Assembly: GCA_964016885.1 (NCBI GenBank)
Contig: OZ024742.1
Span: forward strand, 334,180,001-334,244,000
DNA from: Eledone cirrhosa
Lineage: Eukaryota
Reading direction: 5' to 3'
DNA length: 64,000 nucleotides
Part shown: piece after piece, positions 42,421-58,560 of the stretch
Position numbering within the stretch: position 1 is the first letter of the stretch
How the letters are laid out: each line of letters starts with the position of its first letter
Made by a program: the position numbers and the translations under genes
Notes under the pieces: generated by a model
What the model saw: the letters and a program-made list of their open reading frames with translations, nothing else
Told to the model about the DNA's origin: nothing
The model's database searches: none

Positions 42421-44511
42421 TATATATATATATATTATATATATATATATATGTACACTCACACACATATATATATTTATATATAAGGGTGATAGAGAGA
42501 AAGCTAAACAGTGTCCAGATCGTGAGACGAACATTTTGACATCAACATTTAGACACATAAGGCAAGGTGAGAAGTGTATGTATTTTAGATGCCTAAAATA
42601 TTTTCCACGCAATAATTACTTCCGGTTCACTACACAGTCTCAAATCAAATCATATGCCAGACAAGTTCAACTCCGAAATAGGCATCATTCATCTTAAATA
42701 GATTAGATTCCTCTGTATGTTTTGTTACACTCTCTTTTGATAAGTTACACTATATGACAGTCTAACTTACTGAAATGATGTATGAAGTACTGTTCAACTT
42801 AAAATAATCATATTTGTTTCAAATAAATGTGTCCTGAATTATATGCAAATTTATAATAAATAAGTAATAAGTAAATAATTTAATAATCATAGAGATGATA
42901 TATGAACGTAGATATCATATTTGTACAATAAATGAACTTTCGAAACAGTGAGGGATTATGAGTTTCCTAGAAATCATAGGAAACTCAGACGCTGAAATAA
43001 CTTAAATATATTTGGTTGCAACAAATAGCATAGACAATCAGGTAAAGACCCCTTATAGACGTAAAACTGTAGCCAGCTCTCGCTACAAGTAATCTGACTT
43101 CATATATATCAGATACACGCTGACTACTTTAAATATAGAACTAAACGGCTCTTCGTTACCAGATTTTCTAAGCTATCTGTTGCAATATATGTATTCCTCA
43201 GCGCCTTGGCTTACTATATTTTCTATGAATCACACACACACACACACACATACACACACACACACACATGAGTTTCAGCTTTTTTTACCCTCTTAAGTGA
43301 CGCTTACCAACGCTAGGTTAAGCTATCTTTTACAAAATATCTGCTACAGATGCTCATTTGCATACAGAGTGGGTTTGAGAGCCTAACATTAATTAGATCT
43401 AACGTAGCGCGAAATATGATAGAGGCGTGTATGAAGGTATATATAATATATTTATGTATATTTCACATACATACATTTCGCTATGCTACATTAATCTGCA
43501 AGCATGTCACATATTACTTAGTAGCAATGTGAGAACGCCACAGTTTTAGTATGATATTTTAAGATTGCCCGTTTATACTATAATGTGACAGAACAAAAAA
43601 AAAACAAACAGAGATATTGCAACCGAGTTTTGATTGCTTAAATCGAATGTAAATCAGTATCGATGTATTGCAGTATTTAATCATGTGGAATTGAACTCAT
43701 AACGAAAAAATTAGCTACGTCCAGTGTTTAGTGTTTCTGCCATAAAATAAGGGCTTCGAATTGAGGCACAATTTCAACAATATTAGCAGGGCCCCAAACC
43801 TTAATACTTGACAGGTAGAATATTTTATTAACACATTAAAGATGAAAAGCATTATTGAAGTAAACGAGATTTCAGTTCAAAACGTCAAAACCACGTGCCA
43901 TTGTATCCAATGCTCTATCGATTTTGCCAAAATATAATATTATCGATGTGCATGGTGTTCTAATTTGAAATTGTGTCGACAATGGCGGGGATTGATAGAA
44001 TAAGTGTCAGTCTCAAAATGACTTCCAACCAATCGAAAGAACGCTATTTGTTTTAGAAATATCTGCTGTCGTGCCAATGAGAGAACTTCTTTTCTCTTTT
44101 ATTTTGTTAAAATTCTACGATATTTTCTAGTTTTTATTTATTCCTAAATTAATCAAATCAAAACAAATTTTAAAAAATTATGCAACACGATAAAACGGAA
44201 TTGAAGTTTATTTTCTCCAATGCAAGATTTTTTTTATTGAATTTTCAGCACATTGCTCTGCGGAATTCGAAATACAATGTTAATTCTCGAGGCGATCAAC
44301 GAGTGCAACCTGGTTTCATTTTAAATTGGAACTAGTTAAATTCACTTAAAATACCAATGCCTGTGGGAATGCTGTAAGCAGAAGAGATCCAAATTGAATA
44401 CACACCTTAAATATACGCTGTGTATCAACTCAATAAAAAAGACAAACCCGATGTATAAAATAAAATAAAAGGGATTACAGAAATAACATTGAAAAGTGAA
44501 TTGAAAAGAAA

Positions 44512-44708
44512 TAATAATAATAATTGTTTCTACATTTGGCACAAGGCCAGCAATTACCCAGTAGGTTATTGGTACTTTATTTTATCGGCCCTGTAAGGAT
44601 GAAAGGCAAAGTTAACCTCGGCAGGATTTGAACTCAGATCGTAAGAGGACGTATCTATGTTGGAAAGCATGTCCGACCCTCTACCGATACTGCCAATTCA
44701 CCGCCCTG

Positions 44709-44749
<41 letters not shown>

Positions 44750-44940
44750 TGTCTCTACTTTAGGAACAAGGCCAGCAAATTACCAGTGCATTACTGGTAC
44801 TTTATTTTATCGACCCCGTAAAGATGAAAGGCAAAGTCAACCTCGGCGGGATTTGAACTCAGATCGTAAAGGGACGTAACTATGCTGAAAAGCATGGCGT
44901 CCGACCCTCTACTGATACTGCCAATCCACCGCCCTTAATA
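44512..44940 (-). mobile_element. Two tandem full-length family-A SINEs separated by (AAT)n
   Basis: Both have a head (GGCGGTGGATTGGCAGTATC on the minus strand), B-box, core and tail. Confidence 0.9.
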
Positions 44941-45067
44941 ATCATAATAATAATGAAAGATAATGGCATTTTTATATCTGAAATGATCTTTGGGAGGAGA
45001 GTTTAAAACAACTATTATATTAATAGCTGCCTGGTGAAAATGTTACACAGAAATGTTTATATATATA

Positions 45068-45980
45068 TTGTTATATTTGGGAGGTTCATGTTGACAATAA
45101 GAATCACACGCACCAGTTGCTTTCATTCCAATTTATTATCAATTAACAAAATTATTTTTTTATTTTTTCAAAAAAAATTATAAATTTCCGGTTGGTTGGT
45201 TGGTTGGTTCCACAACCGGACGGTTGTACATATAATGTCAAAATTCTTTCGTCACACATTATGTGACCTATTCAGTGACTGCGGATTCTTCTCTTTGTTT
45301 GTGTGCCTCTCCTTTGTTCTGTCCTACGCCATCTTGTTTTTGTGTGTCTTGTGTGCTTAGATTGCGCAATGTTACATCCGGGTGTCTCTGTGTGTTTATA
45401 TTTGTTTATTTATTTGTTTATTTACATGTTACTGGTTGGTTGTTTGTTATATGTGTGTGTGTGTGTGTTTTCATTTTGTCCTTAATTGTAAGTTGTGATG
45501 TTGCTATTCCATTCATGCTTTCTATTTAATTTTGGTTGGAGTTCATTTATGTTTACTGCCTCTGTGATTTGTCTAAACATTGCGTCTTTTCTGTGTGTAG
45601 ATTCTATTTTTATTTCTATGTTCTCTAATTTACCCTTATGTTCTATTTTAGCATGTTGGTAGAGTACAGATGATTCTTTACTATCTTGAAGCTCTCGCCA
45701 GTGTTCATTTATCCGTTCTCCTATACTACGAGCTGTCTTACCTATGTACAATATATTCTTATCTCTACATTGTCCTTCAGTACATCTTATGCTATATACT
45801 ACATTTTTAGTTTTACAGTTAATATGGGGGTTTAGTTTACAGATTATACATTTCTTATCTATACAGGAAGGTCTTTGAAAATGGTATGTATTGCTAATAA
45901 GTGTTTTTATGGAGGTACCTGGTCTTTATTCTATCTTAATATTGAGTTTATATTTATCTAGGGCCCTTCTGAGTTCGTCT
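45068..45980 (-). mobile_element. 3' fragment of PLE family P1 (GIY-YIG and pLTR with HHR at 45237-45279)
   Basis: ORF 45482-45751 reads YIGKTARSIGERINEH...QH...RQITEAV.I....PKLN. Homologous to 48523-49400. Confidence 0.9.
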
Positions 45981-45981
45981 T

Positions 45982-48463
<2,482 letters not shown>

Positions 48464-48907
48464 TTTCTGAATTTGTTTAGCAAGATTCTTTATCTTAAAA
48501 CGTGTGTTGAAACCGATGTTGTTATGCTTTGGGAGGGTCATGTTGCCAATAAGAAACACACGCACCAAGTGCTTTCACTCCAATTTATTATAAATTAAAT
48601 TTATAAATTTAAGAATTTATAAATTTCCGGTTGGGTGGTTGGTCCCATAACTGGACGGTAGTTCATATATTGTCAAAGTTCTTTCGTCACCCATTCTGTG
48701 CCCTCTTCAGTGAATGAGGATTATTTTCTTTGTTTTGTGCCTCTCCTTTGTTCTGTCCTACGCCATCCTTTTTTGTGTGTGTTGTGTGCTTAGTTTGCGC
48801 ATGTGTTACATCCGGGTGTATGTCTGTGTTTTTATTTGTTTATTTATTTGTTTATTTACATGTTACTGGTTGGTTGTTTGTTCTATGTGTCTGTGTTTTC
48901 ATTTTGT

Positions 48908-51300
48908 CCTTAATTGTAAGTTGTGATGTTGCTATTCCATTCATGTTTTCTATTTAATTTTGGTTGGAGTTCATTTATGTTTATTGCCTCTGTGATTTGT
49001 CTAAACATTACGTCTTTTCTGTGTGTAGATTCTATTTTTATTTCTATGTTCTCTAATTTACCCTTATGTTCTATATTAGCATGGTGGTAGAGTACAGATG
49101 ATTATTTAATATCTTGAAGCTCGCTCCAGTATTCATTTAACTGTTCTTCTATAATACGAGCTGTCTCACCTATGTGCACTATATTCTTATCTTTACATTG
49201 TCCTTCAGTACATCTTATACTATATACTACATTTTTAGTTTTACAGTTAATATGGGGCTTAGTTTACAGATTATGCATTACTTATCTATACATGGAGGTC
49301 CTTGAAAAAGAGTATGTATTGCTAATAAGTGTTTTTTTATGGAGGTACCTGGTCTTTCTACTATCTTAATATTAAGTTTATGTTTATCTAGGGCCCTTCT
49401 AAATTTGTAAGCTAATTCACTTCCAGGGGTTGTATTGATGAACATTACACTCTGGTATTTATTGCTATCATACCATGAGTTTATTCTATTAACCTTATTC
49501 CCAGTTATTTCTATTCTATTCCAAAATTTGCTCCTATACAAGGGGCAGGTCCCATTTGTATCATTATTTACCATTTTTTCCCATTTAGTTCTGGTTCCTC
49601 TATATACTCTGATTTTATCTCTCTGATTTTAACAAGAGAACACATACGGTGGATGAAGAGTTGTATGTGTCTCTCTAGTTCTTTTGGGTTGCACATGCGG
49701 GACACGTTTCTCATCACCCGTACCAAATCCGCAATCAGTATGTTGATTTTGGTGTGATCTGAAACAGCTGAGTTTCGGTGGATCAGATATTTGGAAATCA
49801 TGGGTTTGGCATAATGGGAATGGACGATTTGTTTTTTGTTATTAATGGTTTCTAAGCAGATCTCTGTGTACAGTTAATCGATGGTTGGGGTGTTTGCTTG
49901 GGTAGTCTATAGTAACTCTAATTCTCTGGTGGATGGAGTTAGCTATTTGGTGGATGCTTTCCTTGGTGTTTTTCTCTAATTCCTGACTGTTCTCTAGTGG
50001 GGGTGTTTTTACTACGATGTTTATATCATCAACGTAGCGGGAGTACATTACCAGAGTTAAGAGGTTTCTGTCTTCTAATTGTTCTTTAAGTTTAAGTTTA
50101 AGTTTATTGTCCCACCATACCATGAATATGTTAGCTATGTCACCTGCAATGCTAACACCAATGACTGCTCCCTCCTCTTGGGCATATGTTTTTCCATTAA
50201 ATTTGAACATATGTTCCTTAAGGGTTAGTTTTATACTGGCCCCCGCCGCATGTGCAATCATTTTCTTTAGTTCATCGTGGTTTTCGGGGGTCCGTATGGC
50301 TCTGGTCCCACCGTTCCATCTTTCTGTGTGGGTTTTCTTTCCCACTGAGGTAATGGTAGGTGGTCTGTCTCTTGCTGGTCTTGTAGGGCGCAGGTTGCTA
50401 AGGTCATATGTATCTAGATAATCATTACTATAGGTAAGTTTAAGTATGCGTCCTAGCTCACTGGTATCAATCCCACGGAATTCAACATTACTCTCACTGA
50501 TCATTTCTACGCATTTCTGCACAGCAAAATCCACGTCAATGGATGGATATAGGGACACAACAACCATACTACCTATTATACAGTCTGTTAGGTCCCTAGA
50601 TCGGTTATTTTCGCTGATTCTGCTGAGGAGGTCCTCCGTGCTGTCATATTTATCTGGGGACATTTCAATGATGGGGCGTATGATCAGTGAGAGGAAGTAG
50701 GAAAGTATGTAGTTACTCACAATGTTAGCTCCACAGATTGGGCGTGTTGGTGGTCCTGTGACAGAGTCACTGCTCGTCTTATGGTCTTTTCGAAGCCCAC
50801 ACAACGCTGGCACGTCATTGTTCCAGGTCTGGAAGTTGTTGGCAGTCCTTTTATTGAGCTGCATTATGTTTGTCCACATCATCATAAGGGCATTGAGGGT
50901 TTTCTCCCTATCCTCATGCTCTTGTGATGTTACTTCTCTTGTGTTAGTGATGTGGCGTTGCATTGCCTGGATGTAATTTGACAGACTGTCAACCGACATT
51001 CTGCAAGACTTGTCTGTTGGAAAGCATGCTATCTCTCCATTACGCGAGCGCTGCATGAGCTTACGCAAGCCATTTGCAGATTTTTCTCCCAGTTGCTGGG
51101 CCTCCATTCTATTTTGCTTCTTGCTATACTGTTCTATAATATTTCTAAGTTTAGATCTAGTTATACTAAATTATGCTTCTGTTCGTTCATTACCTGCGAC
51201 GGCAATTGCGTGCGTTTGTTAAAAGCTAAAGTCGTGACGTGGACTCGTCGTAGGTCGAAGGACATATCGGAAGGGGTATAAAAAGTATAATTCCAGGCTT
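48908..51300 (-). pseudogene. Frameshifted PLE polyprotein: reverse transcriptase and GIY-YIG endonuclease
   Basis: PTDKS, GLRKDHK, PPTRPI, DSTEDLL, (D)VVSLYPSI, QEEGAVIG, YSRYVDDI; thumb SAVSDHTKINIL; C-x2-C...NCKTKNVVYSIRC...IGETAR. Confidence 0.93.
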
Positions 51301-52372
51301 CTGCTTTATGTGTACTATTGCTATTGTTATGGTTAGTTGTGTTGTTTCTATTTCTCTTTCCACCAACAGCCTCATGGTTGTTTCTATGTCTCTCATTATT
51401 ACTCCTGTCTCTTTCCTCTGGCTCATTGTTATTATCTACTCTATTTTGTGTGTCTGTGTGTTCGTCCTGGTTATTTTCTCTGTCAGTATCGATAGTCTCC
51501 CTTCTCCTTTCAATCCCATTACCTTCCCTTACTTCTGTGTTACTGTCATTACCTGTTTTCTGTGACTGTGTGCTTGTTAAGATTGTGGTGGTGGTGAGAG
51601 GCATAGAATGTGTGTGTGTTGTTGATGTGTGCTGTTGTTGATGTGTGTTGTTGTTGTTGTTGTCTCCGTGTTTGTTATTATTGTTCTGTATGTTGTTGTT
51701 GTCATTGTTGTTTGTGTCTGTGTATCTGTTGTTGTTGTCTCTGAGTTTGTTATTATTGTTGATGTGTGTGTTGTTGTTGTTATCGTTATTTGTGTCGGTG
51801 TGTCTGTTGTTGCTGGGATGTGTGTTGTATGAGTGTGTGTGTGTGCCTCCATATTAACTGTAAAACTAGAAATATGTACTGAAGGACAATGTAAAGATAA
51901 GAATATAGTGTACATAGGTGAGACAGCTCGTAGTATAGGAGAACGGTTAAATGAACACTGGCGCAACTTCAAGATAAAAAAGAATCATTAATACTCCACC
52001 AACATTCTAAAATAGAACATAAGGGCAAATTAGAGAACATAGAAATAAAAATAGAATCTACACACAGAAAAGACGCAATGTTTAGACAAATCGCAGAGGC
52101 AATAAACATAAATGAACTCCAACCAAAATTAAATAGAAAACATGAATGGAATAGCGACATCACAACTTACAATTAAGGACAAAATGAAAACACATACACA
52201 TAGAACAAAAAATCAACTAGTAACATGTAAATAAACAAATATATAAACAAATAAAAACACACACAGACACCCGCATGTAACACATGCGCAAACTAAGCAC
52301 ACAACACACACAAAAACAAGATGGCGTAGGACAGAACAAAGGAGAGGCACAAAACAAAGAAAATAATCCCCA

Positions 52373-52415
52373 GTCACTGAAGAGGTCACAGCATGTGTGA
52401 CGAAATAACTTTGAC
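52373..52415 (+). ncRNA. Minimal hammerhead ribozyme in P1 pLTR
   Basis: GTCA-CTGAAGA-G-GTCACA GCATG TGTGAC-GAAA-(G/T)AAC-TT^TGAC. Three copies occur in the window. Confidence 0.7.
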
Positions 52416-52561
52416 AATATATGAACAACCGTCCGGTTATGGATCCAACCAACCAACCGGAAATTTATAAATTCTTAAATGTATAAATTTAATTCATAAT
52501 AAATTGGAGTGAAAGCACTTGGTGCGTGTGATTCTTATTGGCAACATGACCCTCCCAAAGC

Positions 52562-52616
<55 letters not shown>

Positions 52617-53988
52617 CTATTATATATACAGCCAAATCCATATGGTGTTGTTTGAACTTCGGTAGAATGGTGTGCGGGATTCGTTCTGGTTCTATGTATT
52701 CAAATTCCACCGAGGTCTCCTTTGCTTTTCAAACTTTTGTGTATTTTAAAAAGTGGCGTCAATTCTCCGTCTTACTATATAGCGTTTTCGTCCTCTTTTT
52801 CTCTGGAAAAAGTCACCAGTTTTAAGACGTGGAGAGGGACAAACTGCAGCAAGTGTAATGTTCACATTGTGAAAGCTAAAGAATTTCTTGTTATAGGAAC
52901 TACAGAAGAGACATCACGTCTATCATCTTGTAATGTTAGCATATGAACTTTATTGGCAAAACCGATAATGTTTTTTTGAAGAATTTGTTATAGTATGATT
53001 CTATTTGTGTAATGCGTTTGACTGGGAATCAATATTAGTTCACACTAAATAAATATTATTTTACTCCGAAATATGCTTGGTCAAAGGTTTAGGGTGTTGG
53101 TATTTCGATGATAAACTTGAGGCTTCGATATCCACCGCAACGACGTGTTAAGCCAGGTGCATTGTTATACGCAGGACCAGTCAGCTCATTCGAAAATCTG
53201 AGTACCATCAACAGCAGCTTGAAATCAACCCACCGATGGACTCGTGTTTCGTCCAGAGGGTAGTCTTGTGATCTCATTCGGTTAACGCTACTTGAAACTG
53301 GAATAGGCTATGGCCTGATGAGGCAACAAACTCTAGAAAAGATTTACTTGAAATTTAAACTTCTAGTCTTCTGAACTCTATAGGAATTATGTACTTTTCG
53401 TCTATGTGGCTTCCTCAAGACGGAAGATTCTCACTCATAAATCTCATTTTCATAGACCCTAAGATTGGTGATAAGAAAAGAAGTTTTCAGACCAAATATC
53501 TAGACTGGAGTTTTACAGCAGTTCGGGTTCTTCTAAAGGTACCTTTGGTGGAGTAGGGCTGTTGTTACACTGAACAAAATATGGCGTCTAACTCCATTTG
53601 TTAATAACAGTAGATTTATTTGGTGAATCATGTTAAAGCGCGTGGTTTACTGGTTAGGGAGTTGGATTCGCAATCGTGAGGTTGCGTTGTGTTCTTCAGC
53701 AATACATTTTATTTCACGCTGCTGCTTCTGCCAGCAGTTACCACCAGTAGATAGTATCGGCAATGGAAAGATCAATTTTACGAGATCCACCCCAATCGAA
53801 TGAGGTCTAGGATCTTGTCGATCGATCAGCAATTGATTGAGTGTGGTCTCAGTGGTGTCAAAGAAATAAACGTGTGGAAAACTTTGAATTAGAAACCTCA
53901 TTGCGACCTCAGCTGTACGAGTGCTTTCATCTTTTTCTGTGCCATTAAACAAATAATTCTGTAACATATTGATATCTTAACTTTTTTA

Positions 53989-54020
<32 letters not shown>

Positions 54021-54519
54021 GGTTCTATGAATAAGAGTGTAGTCTAAGGGGCACGGTGTAGGGAAGGGAAAAGAGAGCAAGGAGAGAGACAGAAATGATC
54101 AGGAACAAAGGTTATCATTAATTGGTATCTCGTGAGTATGTGTGACTTACTTAGAGCTAAATGGACGAACACAAGAGAGAGAAAGAGAGAGAGAGGGGGA
54201 GAGAGAGAGTTGGAAAGAAAGAATCTAGAAAAAAATTGTGTAAGCAAGAAAGAGAGATCAAACGAAAGAGACAGGGTAAAAAGAAGAGGCAACCTCTAGA
54301 GAAAGTACCAGTGAGACAGACAGAGAGAAAGAGAGATATAGAGATTGACGAGAAAGGCAGAGATGAAAGTAAGAAAGAAATATCATGAGGTGATGGAGAA
54401 AGAATGAGGTAGATGGGGAACTGGACAAAAGATAAATGACGTCAGTTGATTGGTTAATGTCCATTTTAAAGCCACACAGGGAATATATTGCTCAAAGATA
54501 ACGATGATTGCTAAGGGAG

Positions 54520-54745
54520 AAAACAACAACGGTGGTAATCATAACAATAATAGCAATAAATATAATAATAGTAGCAGCAGCAATAATAATAATAATAACA
54601 ATAAAAGTAATAGCAATGATAAAAGCAGTAACAACATCATTAATAATAACAGCAATAATACCACTCATAATGTTAACAGTAACAATAATGATAAAAATAA
54701 CAACAATAGGATTAACCCTAACAACAATTGCAGTAATGACTAACA
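54520..54745. repeat. Degenerate (AAT/AAC)n microsatellite
   Basis: Directly visible. Confidence 0.9.
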
Positions 54746-55154
54746 AGAAAAATATGAAGACAAGCAAAATATAAATAAAAAATGAATACAACAAACATAG
54801 AAATAATATATAAATATCAATTTTTTTAATCAATATCATTAGACTGGTTTTATTATTTGTTGATAGAGAAATGTTAAATGGTACAATCGTTAATTTGCCG
54901 GCAAAAATGTCGTGATGTGTTTAGTTACGTCCCTTTACATAGTTGCTGTTTAACCATCGATTGTCTAAGAAATAAAGACCAGTCAACTTTTGGTGTCAAT
55001 ACAATCAACTCTTCTAGTACAAAAATTCGTTTTATGCATAAGATAGTCATCACTACATGTGTTTATTTGCTAGGCCTGTTCAGTTTAAATTGTTGCAAGC
55101 AGATAATTTAAGAGGGACGTGTAGTGTTTATTGTGGGGTGTGGGTGTTTGGGCA

Positions 55155-55300
55155 TAATAATTGTTTCTACTTTTTGGCACAAGGCCAGCAATTAACCAGT
55201 GTATTACTGGTACTTTATTTTATCGACCCCATAAGGATGAAAGGCAGAGTTAACCTCAGCGGGATTTGAACTCAGAATGGCAAGGGCCGTAACTCGATGC
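55155..55300 (-). mobile_element. Family-A SINE, 5' truncated
   Basis: Tail, core and reverse B-box. Confidence 0.85.
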
Positions 55301-56199
55301 GTGGTAATGAAATGAAGTGAGATTGGAGAACAAGAAAGGGCAGAGAGAAAAAGAGAATGTCAGTAGGCCAGAGGCAAGATAATGTGTAGCATTAAATACA
55401 TGCCAAACTACTGGACCACATTTTTCTGGGTGTGGGCTTAAGAAAATAGCTAATCATTTTATGTCATCATTTAGAATTTGTAAGAAATGTTTGAGATGAA
55501 TTAATGAATTCAGTTTCTATCCGTTACGGTGGCATTCCAAATTTATGTTGGTCACATATGACTTTTATCATTTCAGAGGAGTTAAAATAAGTATCAGTCA
55601 TATTTGGTTTGCGATAAAATTGACTATAACATCCTTCGAATAGTGTAACATTGACTCAAATTTATAAAACATTAGTTCGTTGCAGGACAATAATGATGTA
55701 ACATTGACAAAGTGTCAGTCGGTGTGCCTTGACATAATTTACTTTCCCATACTGAATATATCCATAGTTATAATGTATCTTTTCCCTTATAAGGTCACTT
55801 GATTACAATACGTTCCTGTGGTTGGTTTTGTTTAATTTCAAGTGAGCCTCTTCTGATTATCATTTTCATTTACATATTTCTATTGAGAGAGAGGGAAAAT
55901 ATTTTGCAAATAATTTTATAATTTTGAAAAGAATCTAGAATTTGGAAAGATTTACTAATATAAATAATTTTCTTATTCTCAATCTGGACATTGGATCGGA
56001 ACATAACACAGTTTCTCACTTAAGATTATGACGGAAGGGTTTAGATAAATATAAAAACTTTACTATATGTAGCATAGTATCGTAGATCCATTTATTGTTA
56101 CTGGAGTCTTGGTTTAAATAGAGTTAACCTTATGAGAAAATGTGTTCCAGCTTCTACCTGTTCGTCTTTTGTTCTCCTTTATTGTTGTTGTTCTTCTAT

Positions 56200-56365
56200 T
56201 CCCATTTATTCCTGTAGAGCGTCCTGGGAACAGGGTCCTCCAGCACAACTTCGCGTGGGACCTGGGTCTTCTGCCTGTGTGTTTTGCTAAAAAATCTGTC
56301 CAGCGATTCTTTCCTGAAACATTCTGACCCCATGTCCTTAATATCGGAGCTGTGATTCTCAATTT
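56200..56365 (-). mobile_element. RTE-clade LINE ORF 3' fragment
   Basis: Minus-strand SQLRY*GHGVRMFQERIAGQIF, then frameshifted GRRPRSHAKLCW. This matches the RTE QLRWxGHVxRM...GRRPRGRPxxRW pattern. Confidence 0.65.
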
Positions 56366-57185
56366 GGAGAAGTAGCGATTCTACCTATAGTGACACCCTG
56401 ATCTCTGGTTAATGTCTTTGGTTCAAGCATAAAATTCTATGAATATCAGGCGCACGCAGCACGGCTGAATGGTCAATAATTTCCCTCCACAACCATACGG
56501 ACACTTGTTCGATTAAATTGTGTGTTCTCTTTGGCAAGTGTCATTTAGTATGGTCTCGGATAAATCCAATTTCTGTTAATGACTTATTAACCGGAAATGT
56601 TTTCAAAACGATCAGCTGGTCTGTACCAATAGTGCAAATAGCCAGTCTAGACACATATTATGTTAATCTGAATATATCAAAGAATTAAATTAAACGTACA
56701 CAGGTCTGCACAATTATCCACCCCAGTTTCACGAGCAGACTGTTCCATTGATAGAAAAACTAGAGCTCTCATCTATGAATACGACGGAGGTCGCTTCCAT
56801 GCATGATTACATACCAAATCTGTAGTTTTAAAGATCCTTATATATCATACAAGCACGGTAGATTGTAAAAATGTTGGGCCTATGGTCGTATGGTTGTAGA
56901 TCTGACCCCCAGAGAGAGAGAGAGAGAGCAGTGCTTTGTGTCTTGTGCAAGAAGCCTCATTTTACTTTGCTGCAGTTCACTAATCAGAAATAAACCACGA
57001 GTGCCAACAACGACTGTCGGTTATCACTGTGACTGACTGGTGTTAAGAGATACAGTAATATTGCATTCCCAGTCATTTAATGTCAATGAATTTGGGATAT
57101 GCTCCGTCCTGATGAACGTCTCGAATTGTGAGAGACTGTAACTTATGATTTAGAAATAAAAACTGTGTAAGATGGTTGAATAACA

Positions 57186-57347
57186 TCTGTGTATAAGTTT
57201 CGCTGGTCCCGCTTGGGGTTCCAGCCGGATCAGTTGGAGACGGTTGCTTCTGACAGGATCCGTTGGAAGGAGTGTTTGAGGACACTGAGGAATAGGTTCA
57301 CGATGATGATGAAGATGATTGTGATGCTGGAACAGAAGACGAAGAAG

Positions 57348-57378
<31 letters not shown>
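57186..57378 (+). mobile_element. RTE-type LINE extreme 3' end followed by (GAT)/(GAA)n tail
   Basis: RLGFQPDQLETVASDRIRWKECL resembles the RTE C-terminal ExxAxDRxxWR motif. Confidence 0.55.
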
Positions 57379-57379
<1 letters not shown>

Positions 57380-58134
57380 CGATTCCGTGAAGGCCCGCCC
57401 TTAAAATTATTGAGGTACAAAATTCCGTTGTTTTTAGACACAGGGTAAACCACGGAACATACCTTCAATCTGTTCACAACTTGATATTCCTGGTTTTGGT
57501 TTCAGGAATAGAATACACTGCAACTACATTATCCAGTATGTCACTTATATAACTGCATGGTTGTAATTTGATGAACATTTGGCTGCTATTTCTAACAGGT
57601 TGACCGATTACGTACAGGTTTCATCATTAATTCGGTACCAAGAATATATTGTGGTCACTTTAATCTACTACCTACCCTGTCTCGCACCACCCCACTCCAC
57701 CCTCTCTCTCTCATACAACAAAAGGAATCACCTTCAATCTACCCACTTGGCTTCAATCGACTCAATCACATCCACGATACTCAACCATTTCTACCTGGTG
57801 CAATTATCTCCACTCGAATTTATCACCTCTATTTGACTCAATTGGCCAGTCGTGGTCGTCTCAGTTATAATTTGGCTTTATTCCCAACTAGAAAATGAGA
57901 AATAATTATTGTTGACAGAAACGATAAAGCATGTTCGCTCCATGCTTTACAGTATTTCATTTCATTAGTTTCAGTTCTAACAACAATATCACAGAATATT
58001 TTATTCAATCGATATCAATCGCATATACGAAAATTGGCTTAATGCCTGGCCAATATAAACCGTCATAGACATTATCACTATCATCATCATTATTTACGCC
58101 GGTTTCACAATATATTATTATTGCTGTTGTTGTT

Positions 58135-58560
58135 AGGGAGGTGGATCGGCAATATCGGTAGAATGTCAGACATACTTTACCGCATATAAGTACGGCCCTT
58201 TACACCCTGAGTTCAAATCCCGCTGAGGTTAGCTTTGCCTGTTATCCTTACATAGTACCAATAACACAATGGGTTCTATTTGATCGAATTTCGCCTTCCT
58301 TTCAAACTTCTGATCTTCTGCCAAATGTAGAAAAATTATTGTTAATGTTGTTGTTTGACAGTGTAGATAGAGCGTCGAACAAATACTTCCCGCCATTTAG
58401 GATCTTTGTCTTCTGAGTTCGAATTCTGCTGAAATCAATTTTTGTTCATCTTCCGGGTCCGTAAAAATAAATATTAGACAGGTATTGAAGTCGTTATTAT
58501 CGACATTCTTCCTCCTCAAAATTACTGAACTTCAGCCAAAATGAGAAACCATTGTTATTA
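58135..58560 (+). mobile_element. Two tandem diverged family-A-like SINEs
   Basis: A-box GGCAATATCGG, B-boxes GAGTTCAAATCC and GAGTTCGAATTC, tails CCAAATGTAGAAAAATTATT and CCAAAATGAGAAACCATTGTTATT. Confidence 0.75.

Larger units (their letters stand above)
48461..52564 (-). mobile_element. Near full-length Penelope-like retroelement (family P1) with ~710-bp inverted 5' copy of its 3' end, between (AT)n tracts
   Basis: RT, thumb and GIY-YIG on the minus strand. ~51848-52564 is the reverse complement of ~48523-49255. HHRs at 48672-48714 (-) and 52373-52415 (+). Confidence 0.93.

Noticed and set aside
51845-51855. ATG start of the PLE ORF (MEAHTHT...)
   Set aside because: The ATG lies in the inverted GIY-YIG copy at the inversion junction, so it is not the native start.
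53310-53345. CTGATGA...GAAAA hammerhead-like spacing
   Set aside because: No helix II or helix I pairing.
57105-57135. CTGATGA motif
   Set aside because: No GAAA or helix III downstream.
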